DNA of 64,000 bases from Escherichia phage 241, in sequence record OR924452; one strand, given 5' to 3'. The notes below the pieces were generated by a model. It was not told the origin of the DNA. It ran no database searches and saw only the letters and a list, made by a program, of their open reading frames with translations. Below, one piece after another: positions 35,167 to 45,116 of this stretch; positions within the stretch are counted from its first letter, which is position 1; each line of letters starts with the position of its first letter. Position numbers and translations under genes: made by a program.

Positions 35167-36555
35167 TCAGACCTTCTGGGCTTGTCCTTTCTCTATTGGC
35201 GTCGGGGTTGGTGTAGAAGCCACAGTTTGACCAGTCTGAGGTGGTAAGACCTTCTGGATCATACTATCTTTGGCAATCTCAGCGACGCATTGATAATCAT
35301 TTGTCAGGCGTGAAATCTTGTGGCGTATCTTTGTGACGATATAATGGCCTGTTGATAACTTACTTAACTCGGCAATGTTTTCATTAGATTTCGGGCGGTT
35401 CGACAAATCTTCAATATAATAAACCTGCCCAACATTTAGACGGTTATCCCCCACGACCAGCAAACGCATAACCGTTGATGCGAGGCTGAATTCTATAACG
35501 CGTCGTGCGTAATCTATTTGTTCGGCACCATCCGGTTGCGCTTCAATGTACCTAACGTTCTCGCGGTCGAATTGATCAGAGAACAAAGGGAACGGATCAA
35601 GGTGAGCAGTGCTGTCAAACCATTCTGAATAAATGCGTTGGGTCGCTGTCGTGGATTTTGTACTAAAGTCATACACGCGCTCGTTCACTGCCAAGATATC
35701 CCGATAATTCGCCATGTACTGATCACGCGCCAGTTTCTTTTCAGCCTTGATGATCGTCCGCATAAAACGTTCGGAGTTGAAGTTGTTGTCTTGCATCAAC
35801 GGGGCATCTTGAGGATCACGGAAGAATTTCTTTTCCGCGCTTGCCTCTTGTTTCTCTTCAGCAGTCATGGACTGATTGCCCTGGTTGAACAATGTCGTCA
35901 TGCTCTTGAAGTGATAGCCTGTGAAGTCTTCATAGAAAACAAATGGCATAAACAATTCGTCGTATGCGCGGCTGGCCATATAATCGATGGAACGGAGTAC
36001 AGGCCAAAGAGGAGTTGCGAATCGTTCTTGCACACCATACGACGGATCTATGTCTTCAAATTTGGTTCGAGAATTTAACTGCTCAAAAATCTTGGCCGCC
36101 ATTTCTGAATAAGAACCGCTCAGACCGATAGACTTACGCAGCATGCTGTCACGGTACGCATCTGTTGTCACCAAGTGCAGCCAAAATGCTTTTTTAGATG
36201 ATGAATTGGATTCATCCGCAACTCTGCCCACCCGACTCACGCGCAATGAGAGAGTAGTGTAATCAGAAGCCGCTGGTGATTTGAATGACACCACTACTTC
36301 TTCACCGCCAAGTATCGGCATTGTGTCCAATATATCCCAACCTTCTTTTATCAAGATATTGGCTGTCAGTGAAGGAGAAGCATTACCTTCCAAACCAAGA
36401 TCTTGGTAGACGTTGAATTCTTGAAATAAAGAAGACAGGTCATATGGTCTTGGCGTACCACCTTCTGGAGTATGTGGTAGGATCGCCATATACTTCAAAT
36501 CAAATGTGGTGGACGGTGTTAAAATACCGTCTTGAGATTCTTTATTTTCGATCAT
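35167..36555 (-). CDS. baseplate/tail structural protein (462 aa)
   Basis: Large ORF co-directional with neighbouring structural genes. Confidence 0.35.
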   Translation of the reverse strand: MIENKESQDGILTPSTTFDLKYMAILPHTPEGGTPRPYDLSSLFQEFNVYQDLGLEGNASPSLTANILIKEGWDILDTMPILGGEEVVVSFKSPAASDYTTLSLRVSRVGRVADESNSSSKKAFWLHLVTTDAYRDSMLRKSIGLSGSYSEMAAKIFEQLNSRTKFEDIDPSYGVQERFATPLWPVLRSIDYMASRAYDELFMPFVFYEDFTGYHFKSMTTLFNQGNQSMTAEEKQEASAEKKFFRDPQDAPLMQDNNFNSERFMRTIIKAEKKLARDQYMANYRDILAVNERVYDFSTKSTTATQRIYSEWFDSTAHLDPFPLFSDQFDRENVRYIEAQPDGAEQIDYARRVIEFSLASTVMRLLVVGDNRLNVGQVYYIEDLSNRPKSNENIAELSKLSTGHYIVTKIRHKISRLTNDYQCVAEIAKDSMIQKVLPPQTGQTVASTPTPTPIEKGQAQKV

Positions 36556-37109
36556 TTGGTCAGCTCCTGTTCCAGCTGATTAACAAAGGAAGAAACATAA
36601 TCTGGATCGAGCACTTGGATGTTACGTTTGGCTTCGTTTTTGTTTATTGCATCATCGTGATATGTAATGCCAGTCAGCCCGTAATTCGCGATGATTGTCG
36701 CGTCGTCCATAGCGCCAAGGCCATATGCCAAACGGATAGCGCGGGGATCTGTTTCATTCCCAAATTCGTCAACGTAGTATTTTACGTCCCACATCCCATC
36801 GAGACCATAACGAGCAGTTAGCTCTTCAATGATTCTGCGTTCTGGTTTTGGCCAGTCTTCTGTGATATCCATGATACCATTGATAAGACATGGTATCCAG
36901 AACAACTCGAAGGAACCATAGACCCGTTCCGCAAAAGACCTTGGGGTTTCCCCATCGAAAACAGTATAAGGCAGGAGAAGCCCTTCTATGTCCCGAATTT
37001 TCTTAACAACCATAACCCGTCGTGTCAAGTTTTGCAACAGGACTTGGTCATTTTCTTTGACACCAATTAGTTGATGCCATACGAGTGGAAATTTCTCAAA
37101 ATATTTCAT
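36552..37109 (-). CDS. baseplate/tail structural protein (185 aa)
   Basis: ORF with ATGA overlap to the downstream gene. Confidence 0.35.
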   Translation of the reverse strand: MKYFEKFPLVWHQLIGVKENDQVLLQNLTRRVMVVKKIRDIEGLLLPYTVFDGETPRSFAERVYGSFELFWIPCLINGIMDITEDWPKPERRIIEELTARYGLDGMWDVKYYVDEFGNETDPRAIRLAYGLGAMDDATIIANYGLTGITYHDDAINKNEAKRNIQVLDPDYVSSFVNQLEQELTK

Positions 37110-37121
37110 GGCATCTTCCCC

Positions 37122-38090
37122 TTAGAAGCTGTCGCCTTCGGTATCAAAGCGGCCTTTGTGCAACGGTTCCAGTTCAATAAATGTCATGTCAATCTGGGTT
37201 GACACGATGCTATCATCTTTGTGGACAGCATATGAAGAATCCGGCGTCTCGTTGACAAACATGTTTGACAAAACACAAGTCGATATTCGATGTAACCATT
37301 TATTGCGTTCCCCCTGCACCATGAACGTGATGTCAAATGTGGAAGGGTGTAGGTAGAATGCACTGGAATTCTTGTTGTATTTGTATTCGGGGTACATATG
37401 CATCTTGAACAGACGAATGATTTCCCTCACCATTTTCGCCTCTTTTTGAGATCGAGGAGTGAATTTAAAGGTGAATGGAATTTCGCGATTGCGCACCCCT
37501 TGGAATATCATTTCTACATATGGGTTTGTCATTGTGCCCGTGAACAACTCTAATGTATCGTGAGCATTAATTGTTGGTAAGAATGGAATTGCTTCCGAAG
37601 CAGATTGAATCGCCTTTGTGGCAGCAAATCGCCCCATTTCTTTTCCCACGTTTAATGCATCGCCAAGTTTGAATTGGCTCATATCTTGGGCAGCGCGGGA
37701 TAAGAATTGGGCACCCATACCAGCTAATCCTAGCTCAGAGCCGTTCCAACCAACGCCATAGTTGGTTGTAATAGATTCAGGCATGCATAACACTATGGAC
37801 TCGTTAGAGCGGACATGACGCGCCCAAGCATATTTGCTGATAGAACCTGATTTAGAACCATAAACCACAGGAGTTTTTCCCAGTGGGTTTTGAATAGGGT
37901 TCTCAACGGTTTGAGTCGTTGTGTCGCCGTATGACGATCCTGATATGCGGTTAATATTGAATAAAACATAATGACCGAGGGTTTTACCCCCCGTTATATC
38001 CAACGGATAGACCAATTGCTTCTGAGACTTGGCCAAGCCTTTTGTGTTCAGAACTTTGATCTTATCGATGGTCGACTTGAAATTCGCCAT
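37122..38090 (-). CDS. baseplate tail-tube junction protein (gp48/gp54-like)
   Basis: 322 aa; AAGGG RBS; PYVEMIFQGV...PFTFKFTPRS reminiscent of T4 tube-initiator proteins (from memory, not aligned). Confidence 0.4.
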   Translation of the reverse strand: MANFKSTIDKIKVLNTKGLAKSQKQLVYPLDITGGKTLGHYVLFNINRISGSSYGDTTTQTVENPIQNPLGKTPVVYGSKSGSISKYAWARHVRSNESIVLCMPESITTNYGVGWNGSELGLAGMGAQFLSRAAQDMSQFKLGDALNVGKEMGRFAATKAIQSASEAIPFLPTINAHDTLELFTGTMTNPYVEMIFQGVRNREIPFTFKFTPRSQKEAKMVREIIRLFKMHMYPEYKYNKNSSAFYLHPSTFDITFMVQGERNKWLHRISTCVLSNMFVNETPDSSYAVHKDDSIVSTQIDMTFIELEPLHKGRFDTEGDSF

Positions 38091-38142
38091 GGTCTGAAGC
38101 CCTTAATTAGAATAGAGTAATGACACTATTTAGGACTAGAAT

Positions 38143-38763
38143 ATGGCTATGTATTTGCAGGGGAAGTATGTTCCCGTAAATCCCAAGAAATATAAAGGCG
38201 ATGTGAACAAAATAGTTTTTCGTTCATCACTAGAACTTGTCGCCTTCAAATTCTGTGATATGAATCCTGCTATTGTTTATTGGTCATCCGAAGAAACCGT
38301 AATCCCATATATCTCTCCAGTTGATGGTCGCGCCCACCGCTATTTTATGGATTTGAAAGTATGGACTCGTCGACAAGACTCTGAAGAGTTACAGATAACC
38401 CTTATTGAAATAAAACCCAAAGACCAAATTAAAGAACCCCGAAAAACAAAAACAATGAAGGAATCAACGTTCAATAATTCGATGCGTACATGGCTGGTGA
38501 ACCAAGCGAAGTGGACCGCCACCAAAGAGCATTGTGCTAAAGTTGGTTGGAAATTCATTATTTGGACGGAAGAGCATTTGGTACCAGGAGAAGATCCTGA
38601 AGTTAAAAAACAATTTGCGCTACGTTCTAAGAAAAAGCGCGAGGTCGAAATGGAAGATCGACGCCGCGCTCAAAGAATTAATGCGTTGAAAGAGCAGATG
38701 AAAAAGGAAACTTCCAACAAACAAACGACAAACCCTGAAGATGACGGTTTGTTGTTACCCTGA
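38143..38763 (+). CDS. PD-(D/E)xK nuclease-fold protein, possibly head-completion (gp4-like)
   Basis: D...E.K arrangement (MDLKVW...ITLIEIKPK); basic C-terminal tail. Confidence 0.35.
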   Translation: MAMYLQGKYVPVNPKKYKGDVNKIVFRSSLELVAFKFCDMNPAIVYWSSEETVIPYISPVDGRAHRYFMDLKVWTRRQDSEELQITLIEIKPKDQIKEPRKTKTMKESTFNNSMRTWLVNQAKWTATKEHCAKVGWKFIIWTEEHLVPGEDPEVKKQFALRSKKKREVEMEDRRRAQRINALKEQMKKETSNKQTTNPEDDGLLLP

Positions 38764-38973
38764 TTTCCTTGGATGTCCAGGGGCAAAACAAGTTTGTTTG
38801 TCCCTGCATATCACCCATCCTTCCGAACGGGCTTGTCTAGCACAATCAGCCCAAGTTTCACCAGCATAAGACTTCATACCGCATCTTGGGTGGTGCTCTT
38901 GCCAAGCCCAATCACAAGATTTGCATTCCACGCATTCACAATACAAATCTAATGTGTATCCTGCGGTAATCAT
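38755..38973 (-). CDS. small Cys-rich protein (72 aa)
   Basis: CECVECKSCDW...C...C pattern. Confidence 0.4.
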   Translation of the reverse strand: MITAGYTLDLYCECVECKSCDWAWQEHHPRCGMKSYAGETWADCARQARSEGWVICRDKQTCFAPGHPRKSG

Positions 38974-39381
38974 TTAATCCACCAGGCGTTCGTAAATTTT
39001 TTGACGGAACTCATTCCCTTTTGCACAACCTGTGGCCAGCAAACGAGTACCGCCTGTCCCGATGACACTGATCGTTGAAAATCTTAAAATACGGCCTGTG
39101 ATGGACTGATCCACTTTGATGGTCTCAACTTTACCCAGGCGAAGTTCATCAGCATCACGGTGGATAAACCCTCGTTTTACGATAACCCGTTTGTTGGTGA
39201 CTGCGAATTCTGTGGTCATCACATTCAAGATAGTTGGGATCAGGAATAACAAACTGAAACCAAATGTTGGAATAATCGTTAAAGCGACGAGAACATAAAT
39301 CCAGAATCCACTCCACCAAGTCGGACGAGTGAATGCAACCACATATTCATTTTCGCTCAGCATACGGTCGACGTAACGCAT
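38974..39381 (-). CDS. membrane protein with bacterial PH-like (YdbS/YdbT-type) domain
   Basis: Two N-terminal TM helices then a segment resembling the bPH_2 family. Confidence 0.35.
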   Translation of the reverse strand: MRYVDRMLSENEYVVAFTRPTWWSGFWIYVLVALTIIPTFGFSLLFLIPTILNVMTTEFAVTNKRVIVKRGFIHRDADELRLGKVETIKVDQSITGRILRFSTISVIGTGGTRLLATGCAKGNEFRQKIYERLVD

Positions 39382-39382
39382 T

Positions 39383-39904
39383 TTAATTCCTTACTTTGTC
39401 AGGATTAGATAAGATTTGTTCGTATCCGACTTCTCCTTGATAGTCGAAAACATGCTGAAGAATCGCCATATCGTCTACCATCCGATAAACTTCAATTCCA
39501 GCGTTCATCAATTTTTTGATTCCATCCATAATACGATATGGCTCACGATAATATACTTTATCGATTTTACCGCTATCTATTATCTTTTGAGTGCAATTAG
39601 GGCAAGGACTATGTGTCACAAACATAACCAACCCTGTGAAATCATCTACATTTTCGGGGATACGCATTAGAGCATTTTCCTCCGCATGAACGACACACGG
39701 GTTTGTAACAATTTGCCCGTGTTGTTCCATCTCACAAACATTCGGCATGCCAGGAGGCGTTCCGTTCCATCCTATAGCCACAGGCTGATCAGTTTCAGGG
39801 TTTACAATAACACAACCGACTTGCAGACGCCGAGCATAACTGGTTACACCATATGCTGCAGCTGATCGCATATGAGCAAACATCATACGTGGTTTGATAG
39901 CCAT
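39383..39904 (-). CDS. cd: dCMP deaminase
   Basis: Zinc-binding motifs HAEENAL and PCPNC. Confidence 0.85.
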   Translation of the reverse strand: MAIKPRMMFAHMRSAAAYGVTSYARRLQVGCVIVNPETDQPVAIGWNGTPPGMPNVCEMEQHGQIVTNPCVVHAEENALMRIPENVDDFTGLVMFVTHSPCPNCTQKIIDSGKIDKVYYREPYRIMDGIKKLMNAGIEVYRMVDDMAILQHVFDYQGEVGYEQILSNPDKVRN

Positions 39905-40308
39905 TATTCACCTCTCAGAAGACGAGCGAAGCGTTCAACAATGCGATTGCGCGGCTTCTCGGGAACGATGTCTTCTACCGTAATGGTCAGTGTGTAGTTT
40001 GTAGAAAAATCGCAATCGGACTTTGTGATGATTTTCCGTTCACCAGGCAGCGGATACATCGTTAAAGCCCTATCGACGGAATCTAGAGAAGAACCGACCA
40101 AGTCCACCACCCTTTGGTGCCCGAACGATAATGGACCCACGACATCCTTTTCAAAAATTTCAATCACGTCGGTGACTAACACACCCAATGCAAGTCTTAG
40201 TCCAAGGTTCTGATTTTTATCCCCTAGTGTGTACACAAACTGCCGACGCCACAACTCTTTCCGGTCTTCAGAACGGACGAGAGAATAATTCAAATGGTAT
40301 TGTTTCAT
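39904..40308 (-). CDS. hypothetical protein (134 aa)
   Basis: ORF. Confidence 0.45.
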   Translation of the reverse strand: MKQYHLNYSLVRSEDRKELWRRQFVYTLGDKNQNLGLRLALGVLVTDVIEIFEKDVVGPLSFGHQRVVDLVGSSLDSVDRALTMYPLPGERKIITKSDCDFSTNYTLTITVEDIVPEKPRNRIVERFARLLRGE

Positions 40309-40622
40309 TTCACCAACACCTTTTCCAGGAAGAAGATCATGTCATCCTGGTCGGCACGGCCAAAGATCTGACCGAGGGACACCATGGAATGAACCTCTTT
40401 GACAATCAGGTCTTTGCCTGTTGCACCGCTGTTGTCCAATTCGAGAATTGTAGACATGCGCTCAACCATATGAGGTGGATGATTGATATAACGTTGAAGA
40501 TACTTTTCACGCAACGCAATTTTTTCGATAAGATCTGACATTTCTGCATTCTCTTCTGAATACAGACGTTCTTTAGATTTCAGTTCTTCGAGGCGTTCGT
40601 ACATTTCTTTTAATGAAATCAT
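40305..40622 (-). CDS. hypothetical protein (105 aa)
   Basis: GGGAGAG RBS before ATG at 40622 (track start 40637 is TTG). Confidence 0.45.
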   Translation of the reverse strand: MISLKEMYERLEELKSKERLYSEENAEMSDLIEKIALREKYLQRYINHPPHMVERMSTILELDNSGATGKDLIVKEVHSMVSLGQIFGRADQDDMIFFLEKVLVK

Positions 40623-40650
40623 GTTTGTCTCTCCCAATAAATTAAGGGGA

Positions 40651-40675
40651 AGTATACCTTCCCCTTCTTCAATAA
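40651..40675 (-). promoter_or_regulatory. putative promoter (TTATTGAAG box, 10 nt spacer, TATACT) embedded in a terminator hairpin
   Basis: Minus strand TTATTGAAG-aaggggaagg-TATACT, 28 nt upstream of ATG 40622; hairpin GGGGAAGG-tatac-CTTCCCC. Confidence 0.45.
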
Positions 40676-40684
40676 AATAAATTA

Positions 40685-41035
40685 TTATTCAGTACAAGCT
40701 CGACCAAGTTCAGTCAGGCGGTAGAATGTTACTTCTGATTTCGGCCAATGCTTATACTCTTCAGAGTCATCATGAACCATAGTGAACGCAGGTTCGATCA
40801 GACCTTTAGATAATAATGATTGCCCTGAACGTGTATCCCACGGATCACCTTTTACAGAACGAAACCCACCAGCAATCGGAGGGGCATGGAATGTCCATAC
40901 TGTCTTGCCCTTTTCATTCGTCCAAGACTTCGGATTGAAATACCAATGACAAAGGCGTCGATCATCATGGGTTTCAAAATTCAGCATTCCCAGAAGGACA
41001 CAGAGTTGATGTCCTGTGATTCTTGGCTTTTTCAT
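40685..41035 (-). CDS. hypothetical protein (116 aa)
   Basis: ORF. Confidence 0.45.
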   Translation of the reverse strand: MKKPRITGHQLCVLLGMLNFETHDDRRLCHWYFNPKSWTNEKGKTVWTFHAPPIAGGFRSVKGDPWDTRSGQSLLSKGLIEPAFTMVHDDSEEYKHWPKSEVTFYRLTELGRACTE

Positions 41036-41364
41036 AAGATCCCCAAGTCAGTAAGGTAACGATAAGACAGGACTACAGATAGAAATCCAATTAACATCCA
41101 AGACGACAGGATAGGCTTGCAATTTAGCGTAGTCTTTCCATTGGGTATGTTGGGACTTCCAGTAATAACAACCGAATCCGTTTTAGCTCTCAACGTCATG
41201 ACAGAACCCATGAGAATGATTGGGCGCACATAATGTCCGTCGCGATTGCGCTTTACAATACATGGTGAAGAAAATCGCAGGAACGGATCACCGCTTTTAT
41301 AACCGAACAACTCGACCTTTTCTATTTCTTCGGGAACCTTTTGTCCAGGAAAGAATATTCTCAT
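41032..41364 (-). CDS. hypothetical protein (110 aa)
   Basis: ORF. Confidence 0.4.
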   Translation of the reverse strand: MRIFFPGQKVPEEIEKVELFGYKSGDPFLRFSSPCIVKRNRDGHYVRPIILMGSVMTLRAKTDSVVITGSPNIPNGKTTLNCKPILSSWMLIGFLSVVLSYRYLTDLGIL

Positions 41365-41921
41365 AATATGATTCCTAAATTTGTGTATAACAATTCAGCT
41401 AGAGTAACAGGTCGTTTGAATTGTTCCCAGCTGCAGTTCAGATATTCACGTTCTTCGCGGATCTTTTCGTGAAGATGTCCATGGATATTATACGCCCAAC
41501 GATCTAATTGATACGGAACGTGTGTAGTCAGAATCCGACCGACAGAAGTATCCCGCTCATACATGGCACCAAAGGATGTAATCCAGCCCTCCAGATACAA
41601 CCGCATTAACATTTTGAAACTGTCGTGGTTGCCCTGTGCCACCCTGATGATAAAGTTCGGACGCCATTCATCGGGAACGGGGCGGCGCTTGAACTCATCA
41701 ATGTTCCGCTTGGCTCCTTCGCGCATCAGGCGTATGAACCCCTCAGCGCCGATAAAGCAGATGTCCCCCGCCAGTTCAAGGACATCCCGAGATTTCAGCC
41801 CTTGGAATATGCTGTCTATAACCGCAGCATCATGGGATTCTTGAGTATCGAATCCACGAGGTTTAAAGACTTTTTTATGCCCGAGGTGAGTGTCACCAAG
41901 GTACTTGACAATTCCTGCCAT
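41361..41921 (-). CDS. calcineurin-like metallophosphoesterase
   Basis: GDTHLGH ... GNHD ... HGHLHE motifs. Confidence 0.6.
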   Translation of the reverse strand: MAGIVKYLGDTHLGHKKVFKPRGFDTQESHDAAVIDSIFQGLKSRDVLELAGDICFIGAEGFIRLMREGAKRNIDEFKRRPVPDEWRPNFIIRVAQGNHDSFKMLMRLYLEGWITSFGAMYERDTSVGRILTTHVPYQLDRWAYNIHGHLHEKIREEREYLNCSWEQFKRPVTLAELLYTNLGIIL

Positions 41922-42388
41922 CAGATTCTTTCCTTCTCGGAGATACGGTCATGTGCGTTCTTTAACATTGCGTCCGACCAGTTAGACCAATCGAATACAT
42001 TAATAGAACTCACACCGTTATACAAATCCAATATAGTGGGAGAGAGCTGAATATTTAGAGCGCAAGGATCATCACTTTCAACGACCTTCAACCAAAATAA
42101 TTTTTTGTCTAGTAATTCGCGGGAGATACGTCTATACTTGGTAGCAGCTTCTTCACACCACCTTTCTAAGATCATCATCAATTCCCTTTCGATCCCAAAC
42201 CGAAACTCTGGTGTATTGGGTAAGCCGTGATAAGCAGACTTGAATCGATATTCCGTGACTTCATTTAATCGTGATATTAAGGGAACGACGAAACACGTTT
42301 GGAACTCATATTTCCAAGCTCTTTCGAGAACACTAATAATCTCATCACGTTCACATTGACTTAATTTCATTATGGCCTCCTCATCCAT
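41921..42388 (-). CDS. hypothetical protein (155 aa)
   Basis: ORF. Confidence 0.45.
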   Translation of the reverse strand: MDEEAIMKLSQCERDEIISVLERAWKYEFQTCFVVPLISRLNEVTEYRFKSAYHGLPNTPEFRFGIERELMMILERWCEEAATKYRRISRELLDKKLFWLKVVESDDPCALNIQLSPTILDLYNGVSSINVFDWSNWSDAMLKNAHDRISEKERI

Positions 42389-42711
42389 TCTAATATTGGG
42401 ATGCTTACAAACCCTTTATGCCAGCGGTGAGGTTTATGGCCTCTGTTGTGCTCCAACAAACAAGTATCTGGAGGAACACTGAAATGGATACCATCGATAT
42501 CGTAATAATTCCCGTCGATAAGAGTGTACACATGCCCTTCAATCTGGCTGTAATGAATCTCCGCTTGCGGATAAACGTGTTTGAGAACCAGGGCGACTTG
42601 ATAGCACTTCCCGTTCTTTCCCACATACTCAACATCCACCTGTTGTGGGAAAATGTCCTTGATCAGATTTATCAATATGGTGATATCATTCACCACGACA
42701 GATGGTTTCAT
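42370..42711 (-). CDS. hypothetical protein (113 aa)
   Basis: ORF. Confidence 0.45.
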   Translation of the reverse strand: MKPSVVVNDITILINLIKDIFPQQVDVEYVGKNGKCYQVALVLKHVYPQAEIHYSQIEGHVYTLIDGNYYDIDGIHFSVPPDTCLLEHNRGHKPHRWHKGFVSIPILEWMRRP

Positions 42712-42724
42712 CTTCTCATCTCAC

Positions 42725-43387
42725 CTATGATAACTCATAGCGATGGCGGGTACATGCAGGGCAATTACAGTCTTTTCTCAAAATTGGCATTTCACACCAC
42801 GTCATCAAACCATGTATTGGAGACATGTGGTGATAAAACCATGATTTTTTGAGACTAATCAAAGGATATAAAATTTCAATTGGCCTTTCCCCGTCTCTTG
42901 TCATCATATTGTATCCTTCGATGACCTTATTGAAAGCTGGGATCCAGTGGATCGCGTCGTCCCCGTTGACATATGCCAATATGTATGTGGGAGGCAAACT
43001 CCGGCCTTTAAATTGTGTGTTTAATAACCATATCGGGGCTTGTGCTAAACACGCACGAAACCCGCCGTCCGGCACGTGAATGCTACTAATCGGTTCTTGG
43101 TGATGAGTCCAACGATGCATAAGAAGCGGAGCATTCTTGTTGATCCAATTATAAATTTTATTTCGCGCCCAATTCTCACGTTTGGATTTGAAATTATTAT
43201 TTTCAAGATGGCAATACACAGTATGAACCGAATAACCTTTCGATAATAACCAAACCAACATGTATGTGCTATCCACGCCGCCTGACCAAAACAATGTCAC
43301 TTCTTGATTATTTTCCGGCAAAGGTGCATCCCCTTGAAGGACACGGTACACAAATTCACAATCAGATACAGAGACAACGATTTCCAT
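42725..43387 (-). CDS. PP-loop ATP pyrophosphatase, QueC-like
   Basis: SGGVDST PP-loop near the N-terminus; C-terminal Cys cluster WCEMPILRKDCNCPACTRHR resembling the QueC zinc site; about 220 aa. Confidence 0.5.
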   Translation of the reverse strand: MEIVVSVSDCEFVYRVLQGDAPLPENNQEVTLFWSGGVDSTYMLVWLLSKGYSVHTVYCHLENNNFKSKRENWARNKIYNWINKNAPLLMHRWTHHQEPISSIHVPDGGFRACLAQAPIWLLNTQFKGRSLPPTYILAYVNGDDAIHWIPAFNKVIEGYNMMTRDGERPIEILYPLISLKKSWFYHHMSPIHGLMTWCEMPILRKDCNCPACTRHRYELS

Positions 43388-43710
43388 TAAATTATTCCCC
43401 TCAAAGAGTCATTGATTCTACGCAATTCGTTTTCCACCTTTATCTTCATATTTTTGTCGTCGTTCACGAAAATCATTTTATCTAAATCTTCGCCATTAAT
43501 CTTTGTATAAAAATAAATGTCATGCTCAAAGAAAATCGTTTTTCCAACAGAACGCATGGCAAAGAATGTCGCAATAGTTCTCGATAATGGCTTGAACTTA
43601 ATAGCATTAAAACGCAAAGCCTGATATAGGGGTTTTAATGTTCCCAGTCTGATACAGTGCTGAATGATTTCTTGTTCTTTCATCCCATTGTCCGAGTGAC
43701 GGGGTTTCAT
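43387..43710 (-). CDS. hypothetical protein (107 aa)
   Basis: ORF. Confidence 0.4.
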   Translation of the reverse strand: MKPRHSDNGMKEQEIIQHCIRLGTLKPLYQALRFNAIKFKPLSRTIATFFAMRSVGKTIFFEHDIYFYTKINGEDLDKMIFVNDDKNMKIKVENELRRINDSLRGII

Positions 43711-43781
43711 CGGAAACCCCCTATGTTTGTTGGTTAAACAATGATACTTTAGTCAAGATATAGAAAAGCCCCTTTCGGGGC

Positions 43782-44072
43782 TTATTCTTCATCAGATTTG
43801 AAAAGGTTCCATCGGCCTATTCCATACCATTCTCCAATATTGTTGGAGTAGCGGGTTGTCCTAACTCCACCGATTTCGTACCCCCATTTGAAGAAACTCC
43901 ATCTTTCCTTTAGGGTGGGTGGTTTATTTCCGGTTGCCAAGGAGCAAGCTGTAAGCCAACGTGCGATACTAATGGCTTGAAAAATTGGATGAATAAACGA
44001 ATAATACACAACACTCAGAGTTATAATGACGAAGACGCATGTTGTAATCACCCCGACAATTTCAAAGAACAT
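43782..44072 (-). CDS. small membrane protein (96 aa)
   Basis: GGGGG RBS; hydrophobic helices. Confidence 0.4.
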   Translation of the reverse strand: MFFEIVGVITTCVFVIITLSVVYYSFIHPIFQAISIARWLTACSLATGNKPPTLKERWSFFKWGYEIGGVRTTRYSNNIGEWYGIGRWNLFKSDEE

Positions 44073-44146
44073 TTATAACCCCCAATATTGAACACACACT
44101 ATGATGAACGTTGTGATCGTGAATACCCAGGAGAAGATAGAAAGTT

Positions 44147-44779
44147 TCATTCTTCTACCTTTAGCCCCATCAGGTCTTCCATGGTCTTCTGAATACGAAG
44201 CCAATCAAGAGCAGCGTCATAACGAGGATCATGATAGACCATGCCTTCCAGTTCCCAAGCCTTGATACCAGCATAACGATCCTGTTGCCCAACGCCTTTC
44301 AGCCAGCTCACGATGTCGAAGGTGTGATGGTAATCCCAAGGCTCGTTGGAGTCCTGCTTACATGTCACCTCAATGATATGTTGGGCCTTGCGGAGATCAA
44401 ACAAGTTTCGGTCACACCAGTCAACCGAGCGCGGGTCTATCCCAAGACGATGACAACCCTTGCGGATTTCATCGGCCAGCTGGAAGATAGAGGTGTCCTG
44501 ATCGGTCGGGTACAGGCTGACAGCGCGAGCAGCATCACACGGGTTTCGCTTACCCGTACCCAACCACCATTCAACAGTCCCCTGATCCTTGACGCGGCCA
44601 AGTTTAGTCTGCTCTTTGACATCCAACTTTATGAACGTCGTTCGCTCTTCAACGAGTTGCTGAAGAGTGTAGCGTTTGGTCAGGTCGGCGATAGTATGCG
44701 CCCAGGATAACATAATAGCATCGTCCCAGCGCCCCAGAGTCTCGCTATCGGCGACAGCCAAGAAATTAGATTTATACAT
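44147..44779 (-). CDS. dexA: DEDD-type 3'-5' exonuclease, DexA-like
   Basis: AVADSETLG, TVEWWLG and YHDPRYDA parallel T4 DexA FDFETMG, TIEWWKN and AHDSIHDCA. Confidence 0.65.
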   Translation of the reverse strand: MYKSNFLAVADSETLGRWDDAIMLSWAHTIADLTKRYTLQQLVEERTTFIKLDVKEQTKLGRVKDQGTVEWWLGTGKRNPCDAARAVSLYPTDQDTSIFQLADEIRKGCHRLGIDPRSVDWCDRNLFDLRKAQHIIEVTCKQDSNEPWDYHHTFDIVSWLKGVGQQDRYAGIKAWELEGMVYHDPRYDAALDWLRIQKTMEDLMGLKVEE

Positions 44780-45116
44780 CGGTTTCCCCCGCTTTCTCTA
44801 AAAGAAGTTTCAAAGGATATGTCCCACAAGCGGTGGCATATTCAACTCTGAAATATGAATTATCGTTCATGGCGAAATTGCGATGAGGAAAATATTCACC
44901 ATCATCAAAACCACCCATCCCTCCACCGACGCGATATTGTTTCAATTCTACTTCGCCACCGTAACGCAGTTGGGCGTAGAGACCGATAGGAGCGCGAACA
45001 TAATGCTCCAGCCACACCCAATTACCGTCATGTAGACGAGTGGGCAAAAATGCAAACCGTACCTTGGGATGAAGAACGGCTTTAGCCAACATTTCTTCCG
45101 TCACTTCAGATTTCAT
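44772..45116 (-). CDS. hypothetical protein (114 aa)
   Basis: ORF. Confidence 0.4.
   Translation of the reverse strand: MKSEVTEEMLAKAVLHPKVRFAFLPTRLHDGNWVWLEHYVRAPIGLYAQLRYGGEVELKQYRVGGGMGGFDDGEYFPHRNFAMNDNSYFRVEYATACGTYPLKLLLEKAGETDV

Noticed and set aside
44066-44076. TATAAATG near 44072 as a late promoter
   Set aside because: The ATG is the start codon of gene 43782..44072, preceded by a GGGGG RBS; the match is incidental.
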